Shown here: positions 41,301 to 53,300 of the stretch, in pieces
Layout: each line of letters begins with the position of its first letter
How positions within the stretch are numbered: the first letter of the stretch is position 1
Assembly (NCBI GenBank): GCA_002633005.1
Contig: NMRA01000158.1
Coordinates: 370,229-434,228, forward strand
DNA length: 64,000 bases
Source of the DNA: Phoronis australis
Lineage: Eukaryota; Animalia; Phoronida
Direction of reading: 5' to 3'
Position numbers and translations under genes: made by a program
Notes under the pieces: generated by a model
The model's database searches: none
Told to the model about the DNA's origin: nothing
What the model saw: the letters and a program-made list of their open reading frames with translations, nothing else

Positions 41301-44300
41301 ATCTCTGTTGATAGTGCTCTCTTCAGTTGTTCAGTGTTTGATGAGAAATGTTTGGTACTAAGTCTTGCTGACATTGAAATGAATCTTTTTTCACTTAAAG
41401 TGCCATGTGTTTTCTGAATTAGAAATACTCTTAGTGGATTTTTTTTGCATTGTTAATAAAACAGTTCAGTAAGCACAGTTATAGATTTATTTTTGTATTC
41501 ATAGACTTATTTTTGTATTCGTGTTGTTAATAATGAAGTTAGCTGCATGTGATCTCCCCATGAAACGAGTACAATTATGTTAAAGTACTAATCACTATTT
41601 TATTTTTGAAGACTGATATAATTATTCTTTTGTGACTTGAACTGCGTCAAATTGCTTAGGGTATAAAATAGCACTTAATCATTTGTGTCTACTTGTTATA
41701 TTATCAGTCGGACCACTACAAGCCCACAGGAAGTACCCGATGTTACCCATGTAACTGTTACCTGATTGGTTCATACAACAACACGTGTAATCAGGAGACT
41801 GGCCAGTGCTATTGTAGGTCAGGGGTCATTGGCAAGACTTGTGCCTCGTGTGCATCAGAGTTTGCTGAGGTGACACTGAAGGGTTGTAAAGGTATTGGCA
41901 GTTTGTTTTTGAATGCTTAATTTGCTTAAACAGTGATTTTGTTTTGATTTGTCACATTTTAATGGCATCAGATGACGAAAAATTCTAGTTGTTTTTTCTC
42001 TTGGATGTGAGAATTATTTATGTCACGGAGTTCATAGACTTTGGCTTGTATCACTCCTTCTAATCAGAATGCAGCTTTATTCAGTTGAAAATTGGAACAA
42101 TATAACATGCCACATTTTGGAACCAGTTGATGCCTGTTATTTGGTGAAGTAAACTGGTTCTCAAAATGTGGGCACATTACATCAAACTATTTACAGAAAA
42201 TTTAATCCATAAAAAGCTGAATTTTTCTCTTCTCCGTTAATGAGTTCTGCTAATGCGCTGATATCAAGTGTTAAACTATGTGTCGTCCTTTCAGTACAAT
42301 ATCAAGCATGTCCAGCGAGGTTTGAGAACAACATTGAGTGGCTGAGAACACCATTTAGAACATTACGGATAGCCAAGTGCCCGGCTGGTTCCTTCGGTGA
42401 CGTGTCTCGCTACTGTAACAAAACAGTAGGCTGGTTACCTCCCGATCTCAAAAACTGCACCTCAAACGCCTTTCTTAACCTGAAGGCAAAACGAGAGCAG
42501 ATTGAATTGGGTTTGGCGGTGAACACATTCGAGGCAAAGAATATCATTAAAGCTTTGAACAATGCTACGGCGTCTACCCCGAACCTGTATATTAATGATG
42601 TGGAGATAGCGTCGTACCTACTGTTGAAAGTGTTGCATTATGAAAGTAACCAGACGGGGCTGAACTTAACGCATATACAGGACAGACAGTTCATGCAGGT
42701 ACAGTGTTGGGCTGTGATTCAACAGTTTGTCGTTGAAAACACAACTGGACTTTTTTGTTTAACAGCTTAATGCAGACTTGCTTGTAGTGCCCAACAAAAC
42801 GTCCAGTCATATTTTCAATGAAGTTTGTGCTATTGAAAGGCTGCTACCAAACTATGCAGTTTGTCTTACTTCGTTAATGGAACTTTTGAAAAAATATTTT
42901 TTTGTTGTTTTTTACAAAGTAGTGGAGATTGTTCTTTGTTTTCACAAATTGTAAAGTATGCGAGCTGCAATTTTAAAATGAAACAGGCGAGAATCAAGAT
43001 TATATTGAAGTGTGCGACGCTGGTGTATACTCAAGATTCAAAATAGTTTTGTCTTGTGATCGGTAGCCATTAATGGTGTCTACAGTAAATGTACATACTG
43101 ATGTGTTGTTGGTTGTAATGTTACAAGTCATCAAAACAGGCGTTGAGAGACGTCCACTTTGGTATAACAGATTTATTAACATGTGCTTCATGTTAAATCA
43201 TTCCACCTCAATGGTCAACAGAGTATTATGTGTGACTTGTTGTAGTTGTACACATCAATCATCATGTTGTCACTCATACAGTCATGTATCATGTAACTCC
43301 CACCTGTATGTGTCACAAGCCATATGCTGTACTGTGCTGTCAGTCTCTTTAAAATTAGCATCGTTCGCATTTTAATGTTCACATATTAGCAATATGGTGC
43401 TATTTTTGGGACTGGGTTAAAGTTCGGGCACACAGCATGTGATGGGTGCACAACATAAGAGTTGAAGGTCTTCCTGATCCCCACCACTTTGATAAGTTCT
43501 TGTTTTGATTTATGAAATATTGAATACTTATTTTCTTTTAATACCAAAAGTGTACATATTTTGTTGACTAATTATCCCCCATTACTTTGTTCAATGTTCT
43601 GTGCTGATGCCAGTCTCCACATTTTACTTGAAAGTCGCACATTTTTCAATCGTGGGCACCTTCAGCACAAGAATTTGTGAAACAAATGTAAAATTTTGGT
43701 TTGTCTGGCCTAAACGGTGTGCCAGACAATGTACTCGTGTTTAACAGCCAACACCGACGCTCTATATTGTGCTTATCTGTGCAGAATCTGCTCAACTCTG
43801 CTAGCCGCCTTTTGGACCCCAGGAACAAGAAACACTGGGAGACGCTGCTCTCGCGCAAAGACACGCAGACAGTGGAACTTCTCCAACAGATGGAGCTGTA
43901 CCTGGGCAATCTTGTCCACAACATGGCCACTGTCCTGTCGACAGCCATCATGAACCCTCTCAACCTGATCACAGAGAACATTGGTAGGTGAACATTTCTA
44001 GAATATGTTTTTGTACACGACTTGTATAATATGCTTGGGTATTGCATCCACTTTAGATGGCTGAGTGTTAGTATCCGCCACCTGATTTGAGTAACTGTGT
44101 TAAAATCCCAGTATACCACCCTGTCGGACCTTTGACCCAGGTCTCCAGTTCTCTAGTTTTTGTTTTAATGTTATATGACATCGTGTTTTGTCTCTTTTTC
44201 TGCTTACAAAGTTTTTGGGTGGAGCAAAACAACCTTTTGAAAATATCAAAATTGTTGACTTTTCATGTTTGTCCACTATTCAGTGTGCTAAAGGACCTCT

Positions 44301-47300
44301 AGCTCTAACTTGTGCGCAGTTGAAATTTCGTGTTGGCGTTAAGATGTGGTGCTTGCTTTCAGACAACTCTTGTTCTGCCCTTCAGTTCATTTAAAAATAT
44401 TCTTATTGTCAATATTGCTATCAGTCTTATCAGTCTCTTTATCTATCTTGCTGTCCATTTCACCAGTGCTTGGCTTGACACCTATCGGAGGTATTTACCT
44501 GACTGTATCCACCTGTGTACAGGTGCACCCCACTGGCACCTCTAAGAGTACTGCACTACTCAATGTATTGCACTACTTGTACTGCACTACTTGTACTGCA
44601 CTACTTGTACTGCACTACTTGTACTGCACTGCCTGTGCTGCCATCTATTGTCCAGACACACCTAGCTATTGTCTTTGCATTATTGTTTAGCCATTCTGTT
44701 GTTACAACGTCCTACTACTCAGCTAACACTACTGGAACCAATACAACAATATAGTTCGAATACGCAATAATACAACAATAGAGTAATACAACAATACAAC
44801 ATTGTGTTTGAATAATGAATACTCAAACACAACCTGCATGTCCTACCATCCACTCTTGATGCCAGTGTGTTCATCACCAGTCCACAATTAGTCATTCATC
44901 GTCTGCCACCCATAACTGTCCTAACTTATTGCAGTGTTGGGACTTGACACGTTACAATTCAAGAACGGCTCCGTCTCCATCCCCAAGTACAACAACTACG
45001 TCTTGAGTGAACGTATGTTTGACAAAGACACTCATGTCTCTCTGCCACAGTCGATCTTCTCATCGACTTCGAGTAAGTACTTGAGTTGTGATTTATCACA
45101 ATCTGCCATCTTCAGTTTTGCTCTTGCTTTATCAGTTATGCAGTGTTATAAATTTCCTTCCAATTTGCTGCATTGCCTCAAGGTAACCCATACAAATTGT
45201 GTGTGGCGAATGTTTCCATATATTGAGAGAAAATGAATTTCATTCTAAAGAGATGGTCAAAGGGTGTCACCTTTAAAGTTTGGGCAAATCCGTCTAATTT
45301 TTGGCTGCTTTAATTTATTCCTAGATGCACTCTCACTTTCTCTTGGTGTTTAGAAGCAATTCATGTTTTACTAAATGCCCACACTTCTTGATAAGGTTCT
45401 ACATGAGCTGAAGCAGAAGTATGAACAGTTTTATTCGTGTCAAGAACTGACAGTAACGCAGTATTAACTGATGTTCTTGTAGACAATGGAGATGAGAAAG
45501 CTGTGGCTGGCTATGTGCTGTACAAGAGTCTGGGTGATGTCCTACCGCGCTCCTATGATGAAGACGGTCTGAGGGTCCACCCAAAGCTCTCGGTTAATGT
45601 CCCAGTGTTTACCCTCAAACTGCAATATGGTAGCAAGCCCGTCTCAGGCCCTGTGTCATCGTCTTTGGCACTCAACTTTTCTCAGTTGCAGACGAAGAAC
45701 CGTACAAGTCCACAGTGTGTATACTGGCAACATGACAACAGGTAACAACTCATTGTAGTGTTTTCATTGTGTTAGAGAATATTGCAGTAATATTGAATGT
45801 ATTCAGTGTGTCTACTGGCAACATGACAACAGGTAACAACTCATTGTAGTGTTATCATTGTGTTAGAGAATATTGCAGTAATATTGAATGTATTCAGTGT
45901 GTCTACTGGCAACATGACGACAGGTAACAGCTCATTGTGATGTTTTCATTGTGTTAGAGAATATTGCAGTAATATTGAATGTATTCGTTACTCGATAACA
46001 AGTAGCTCATTCTATGAATGTATTCAGTGTCACAGGATGTTGCTGTATCATTGAATGCATTCAGTACATCACAACGTGTAGCATATCTCTACGAATGTAT
46101 TCATAGTGTCACAGAATGTTGTTGAATGCATTTAGTGCATGACTACTGATGAAACCAGAGTCTATTAATGTCTTCATGATGTCGTAGAGTGTTGCAGTAA
46201 TATTATCCATTATATGACATACAATTAATACCAGATACCTGATATTCCTGGTGTATAAGAGTTGTTATAGTAATACTGAATGCATCCATTTCTTGACAAC
46301 AGATAGCGCCACAGTCACGGATTTTATTTATCTTATTGTCAAGTGATAAAGTAAATTCACTGAATGTATTCATTGGCAGCAATCATCAGAGGTTATCAGT
46401 GTATTCATGAACTGGTCTCTGAATGTATTCACTGAGTTAACTCATCGTTATTTATATGTGTAATGGTGTAACGGTGGATTTTGTGTCTGACCGGGTACAT
46501 GCACTGTGAATGGTGTGTTTGCAGCTCCAAAAGTAAGGGTTACTGGACTAATAAGTACTGTCAATTGACTGGACGGAGTAATGGTACAGCTGGTCAGAAG
46601 TATGTCGTGTGTGAGTGTAGCCATCTGTCTAGCTTTGCTGCGCTTATGGACATCTCTAATGTAGAGGTGAGTTGAATGGTTCTTATTGACTCCTGCAATG
46701 CAACAACATTTGGAACCTGTTCACCAACATCTGTGTTCACGGTGAACCCGGTTTCTGAGCTGGGGGTCATAGGTCATAGGCTGTTGAGGGAGGATAAGCT
46801 GCATAATTGTGATTACTCTTGTTCTGGTATAACTGGTAATGCATGCCAAGACAACACTGGGTAGGGTTAGTGTGCAATAGTTACACACTCCACAGTCTGG
46901 TTGGTTAACTGTGTATAGATTGTTGACATGGATGCTAGTCAACATTGTCCCAGAATCATGTTGGAGTATAAGATTCAGGGTCTATTACGTTGTTCTGTTC
47001 CATTTTCAGTTTTAAGCTCAGTTGTCGTTGCATTTGAACTTTTCACTTTCAACTAAAGTGCTCAACATTTGAAGTAATTTACTGTAGAGCAAGAGTATGA
47101 TCTTCAATTATACTTATTGAGTCTCTCTCTACCACTTTGTATAGTTATAATGCTGTCTCTTCCTTTCACAGTATCGTGCATCTCAAGCCATGGTCCTGGA
47201 GGTGATTACCTACGCAGGCCTGTCCATTTCGCTCGTCTGCCTTCTGGCCACCTTCATAATCTTCTGTCTCCTCCACCGTCTCCGTTCCAACGCCATCAAT

Positions 47301-50300
47301 ATTCACATCAACCTTGTCCTTTGTATCTTCATCGCAGAACTCTTCTTCCTGGTTGGCATCAACAGGACAAAGCCAGAGGTACGGTGTTGAGGCCGGAAAG
47401 CAATCGGAATTTTTTTTCACAGTTCATTAATTCTAGCACTTTGTTGTAAACTCATTATTGTCACCAGTAAGTACCATTAATGAATAGTGTTGGAGCTGAT
47501 TAAATGTTCACTGGATCTAGTTTTGTGTAGTCAATAACTACACAAAAAGGCTGCAGTGTTTCAGTCACCATGTACAGCTACAACCACGTGTGCAACTTTT
47601 GATGGGAGTAGGCATGTTATTACAAGGGCAGCACTGCATTTTTGTAAGAACGAAACATTGTACTGACGTAATTGGAATCAAAGTTTACATTTGAATTGCA
47701 AGCTCACCTTCACTAACTGTATTTGGCAATCAAAATTGGAGATTTAGACACTCTTAGCTCTGTGTGTTCAACTTAAGGATTGTTGTTTACAGTGTACACA
47801 GGCTGACTGGGTGTTGAATCAGTCAACACTGTATTGAACTTATGTTAATCAGTGATCAATTCCATCTAGTTGATCTCTGTGTATGTGTTAAATCAATAAT
47901 CAGTATTATCTAGTTGGTCTATGTCCAATTGACTTATCGCCAGGACTTTTGAGTGACGGCTTAACTGACCATTTAGAACTCATCGTTCTTGCCACACCTT
48001 CGTTTCCAAGCCGCCATTTTACCCGACAAACAACCCGTTACCGAGTAAAACTTATTGTTTGTTAATCGACATTACGCAAGAGGGCGGAGCTTGCGATAGG
48101 TCAATTTGTTCAATCAGTGATCAGTCCTATCAAGCTGTTCTACGTGTAATTTGTTCAACTAGTGATCAGTGCTATCAAGTTGTTGTATTTCTATTACAGT
48201 TGCTGTGTAAAGTGATCGCCATCGTCCTTCACTTCTTCTATATGTGTACATTCTCCTGGCTGTTTGTGGAGGGCCTGCACATCTATCGCATGTTGACAGA
48301 GATCAGGAACATCAACAAGGGAGGAATGAAAGTCTACTATGTCATAGGATACGGTGGGTGTACCTGTCATGTTTATATGTAGTTTGTGAGAATGTGTCGT
48401 ATTGCTGCACTAAATTGTTGAATATTCAGGGACAGTTTCTGGGTGTCTTCAACACTTGTGGTTTTTAATGCTAGTGTATGGATTACTTTTTCCACGGCTC
48501 ATTTGCCATCATAACTTTGTGATTGCAGTTGTATTTTATGTTAATGCTGTAACAATTTGCGACTGTACAAAGTGTCTACAGATGTCAACCCTATGCCTTT
48601 TTTAAGTGTTACAGGAAACAGAGTTAAGTGCTTTCTTTTTTACATTTTCCGGATCAAATCAATTGTGGAACAAGCATTCGATGTCCATGCTTTGGCCAGT
48701 CTTGAATTTGCATCGAATAAGGGAAATCTTCTCTGTGCACGGAAGTGCGTGTTTGTTAGCGCAGTAGTTAAAGTGAGAGTTGATAGTGTACAGGTATCAT
48801 GTCGAGATATATCATGCAGTAGAGTGATGTCTGTTGCCAATGGTAGATGTCGCTGTTGTCTTTCAGTTGTCCCTGGTATTGTGGTGGGTCTTGCTGTTGG
48901 TCTGAGTACAGATGGATACGGCAACAAGAGATTGTAAGTACAGTGTGCAACAGTGTTACCAATGGCAGCGTTTTGTGGACTTAGTGTCACTCACGAGCAA
49001 AGCTATTGGAATCATATACCTCCATTGTAATACACGAGGAATTTTCATAGTCTACCTTGCATCTAGGGGTCCAGGCATTCTGTCCTTGAATATAGTAACA
49101 TGCCTGTATTGATGCATTGTGAGTAGAGATGACGTTCCATATGTAGTGTTGACGAAGAATAAGGTGCTTGTTTTGTTATGTGGAAGATTAACTCGAACTG
49201 GTGACAGAAAGCTGCTTGCCACCATGGAGGCATTTATGGGCTAAGCGACTTCTAAATGACTACTTGATTGCATGTTAAATTTAAAGACGCAAACAGCTAG
49301 GCAGTGTCTCACTAACACCCCAATGTAATTTTTAACTCTCCTTATTTCTCACTTATTCAAAGTTCCATTGCACCTGTTTGCTTGTGTTTGTAGCGCCCTC
49401 TAGTGGCGTTTAGACAACATGCTTCATTGTATTCACCTTGATGTGGTACCCTCACCATGTAATGGCAATAAGGCACTTTGAATGATCAAAGCTTTAACAC
49501 AGTGTGGGGTGTGTGTTAAGGTATTGTACTGCTGCACAGTGTCCCTACCTTGTTGTACGACATTGTTTTATTGGTGACCGCGTGTTATTTCAGCTGTTGG
49601 TTGTCTACTAGTGACCTTCTCATATGGAGCTTTGCTGGCCCTATCTGCCTTGTGGTCGCCATCAACATCATCATATTTGTCATGTCTATACGGGCCAGTT
49701 GTAAGACCAAGACAATGGATGCTGACGATGGTACTATGACGTAAGTGTTGGGCCGTAGGTAGACATGCGACGGTGACATCTTGTGTCAGCTCTTGATTAT
49801 AATATTACCATCCCACTGAGGTTTAAAAGCCTCAAATCAGTTTTACTATGGCAAAATCTGTTGCACTCATAAATCTTGTAAATGCCTTCTGTCATTACTT
49901 TCCAGCCAGATACTTCCTTGGCGTCAAACGTTTTGAAGAATATCTAAACTTAAAAGTTTGTAAATATTCCTCTATGAAGTTGTTAAATGTTGTTCTCGCA
50001 GTTCAAACCTGAAAGCAAAACGTAATTTACTTCCAGTGTCATGTGCAACTTCGGAATTTGACCTTTGAAGTTCATTAGCAATGTCTTCATTATAGTCGTT
50101 TGTTTTCACAGGTCGGGTCTTAAGGCAGGCATCATTCTGCTCCCTCTGTTGGCCACAGCCTGGGTGTTTGGTCTGCTGTCAGTCAATGATGATGAGTTGG
50201 CCTTCCACTACCTGTTTGCAATAATTACTTGTCTTCAAGGCATCTTTATACTGTTGGCTCACCTGCTCTTTAGCAAACAGGTATAAATTGTTTTAATGGC

Positions 50301-53300
50301 GATGTGGCATGTCGAAACTTGCATTTTTGTGAAATTAGCCGTCATCAGATACACACTTTCAGATATGTACGTCAGATTTTGTATAATTACACGTTATGCA
50401 ACTGTACGATAATGGCTTGAACTTTTGTCAAAACTTTGCAATGAACTTGCATACAGTTGAATTCTTGTTTAACCCGTTATTATAATGGTGAAGTTGAGAA
50501 GGATGCCTGCAGTTGCATCACATTCAATTACTGTCAGAATTGTTAAGCAAACCTGCAGATCTGATCACGTTTGCCCTGATTGCAGATACTTTATAGAGTA
50601 CTATCATGATGGTAAAACCTCACAAAATAGGCCAAACAAATAATATATAATTATCGTATTCATGAGTAATAAGTAGCAACTATATAAGACTTTACCATTT
50701 TCAAGCTCTGTGTTGGGGAGTAGCGGATATAAGGCTTTGAAAAATTGCAGGCATACATAACGAGGTTAGAAGCACTTTAGAAGGGGCAACTCTGTCCATT
50801 ATTCTTGTCCCAACTCGCCCGTATTATACTTTCTATTTACTCAGCTTGTCTGTTATGAACAGGTGCGGAGTGAGTTGAAGCGATGCTGGCATGTGTTGCT
50901 GGGTAAGAAGGTGTATGATGACACTATAGGACTATCGCGCACTACGGTAAGGACACCTGTTGTCCACATAGATTATCATGTTGTGTATAAACTTGGATTT
51001 CTAAACAGCTGATGGTTTTCTGCAGAAGTGGCAACTTGAGTTGAATACCAGAAGTTTGAAATCTGAATAACTATGGAGACGGAGCGTGATATGTACAGTG
51101 AATGAACTTGAACCCTTCTCCATGACCTCTGTAGGTCAGGTGTACTTTTAGAGAAATTATTCACCTGTACAGTACATAATGAAGTTGGAACGTTGTGTCC
51201 ATCTTGAAGGAAGACAGTGTACTTTATAGTTAGTTGTACAAAGGAGGGCTTGACATAAGGGAGAAAATGCTCGACAATACGAATGGGAGAAGTAAAATGC
51301 GAGTACAAAATTGACGTCTCTTGTATCACTCGTTCAGGTGCTGAGCAAGCGTTCTGCATTGTTTTTTGGTTGTTACTTTTTATGAGTTAAATGTTGTAAT
51401 GGTTTGAAACGCAGTCCTTTAGATAGATCAGTACTCACCAAAACCAGATACAAATATGTAAAAGTGTAGGTTCAACAGTACATTGAAATTAATAGAAGGA
51501 CTAAGTGATTTTTGTTGAGGTTTACAATGTCACTATTGTTTTGCAGCGGTCAGCTCTCGCTTATACCAATAACAGCTCACTAGAGGGCGGGCTGAACAAG
51601 ATGAATGTTGGTATCTCCGCCTCATCTACGACCAGTCGCACCACAAGCAAGAGTAGCGGGGTGTACCGCCCTAGTTACTACCAAAGCACCAGTACGTCCA
51701 CCAATGGGCCGAGTGTCACAGACGTACCTCCCAACACGGGTATACCCCCCTACGGCTATGACTCATCCATGTTCCACAACAAGGGACAAGATGGTTTGTA
51801 TGACCTACATGGTGTTACGTCGTGTCTCTTGCAGAACATGACTGCTTGTGTAGCTTTTGATGTGTTTTCTAACTTTTACTTTAAATTTGTAAAATTTATG
51901 CTCATGGCTGGCTCCTGATCTTTAGTGACTTAGTTTTAATTTTGATGAATCAATCAAATTATGTTAATGTAATGTGAATGTAATTGTCTTTCTTTCTTGC
52001 TATTTTTGGCAGTGTGCCAATGTAAGCATCACGTGAGGAGTGTTAATTTTTGTTTTTGGGAGGATTTCATATAAATTGGGGTCTTCTTAAATGTTCAAAA
52101 AGTTTTAAAGCAATTATACATTTATTCAACTTCAGTATTCGCCTTGGTCTCATCAGCTTAGGTGTCCAAAGGGGTTATGATGTTACTTAAAGTTGCTATA
52201 GTTACCAAGACAAGCATTCACTCACTTGTCACCATAATTAATGACATAGTTGGTCTTTAAGTAATTTTTTGAGAAGAGCAGACAATGAAATCACCTCGGT
52301 TGTGAGATAATCCATAGTGTTCCGGGATCGATCTCATCTCGCTCTGTATAGCGACACCAGTTGATCATTCTTATTTCCTGTCTCATTGTCAAATAACTTC
52401 ACTTCAGAACATGATGGTGGTGAGGGTGGTGGACGGCGTCGTCACAATGACTCGGACTCAGACTCGGAGCTCTCCGTTAACGGAGACCTAGATCTGGCCT
52501 CCAGCCATTCATCTGATGATGACGACGATGAAGATGATGACCAATTTGACACTGCTCCTCGGTGGGACCATTTCCCTGGACCTCAGAACAGAGCTTTAGG
52601 TAAGGCATTTAGTCATACAAGACAGTGATGTTTGTTCATTATTTCAATGAAGCCTCGCTCGTTCTCCTGATGTGTTCGCCAGTTCTAAAAGATTAAGAGT
52701 AGGCCGCCAAAACACAGTACAGACAGAATTATAACCACTATTTTATAAATGGAGACTTACTCGAGTCTTGCTCTATGAAGGACTGATGAATATGCGGTAT
52801 GGGATCTTGAGGGAGAAATATTGAACAAGCATCACTGGGTAATGGCTGCTGCTAAACTTTTATAGTGTGCAGATCTGACAGTATCACACTTTGGGTGTGT
52901 CTTGCTTGTTTTTGTTATTGTTTCCGTTTTGCATCTGTTAAGGGAATATAACTTAAGTAAGGCATGTTAACAGTCTTCAGATTTTCTTTGATATGCGTTA
53001 TGTCAAGTGGATCTTACACATGTAAGCTAATTAGCAATCTATGGGATTTTAGACCTTGTCAAACGGAATGTTTTGTGTTTGTTTGAAGTTATTGATTTGA
53101 GGTCCCCAGTACAGTATGATGATGTGCTTAAGGCGCCATTACATCCTTTCAGACCGTGTCAAGGCTACAACCCCAAGCAGTCCTCAGACCCCTAAGGGTC
53201 TGGTACACAGTACACCCTACCCCTCCTTCCCTCCTCCAACCTACCAGCAGTCTTCCTCTGACCGTAAAGTTCACTGGCAAGGTGAGGATACAGTCATACC

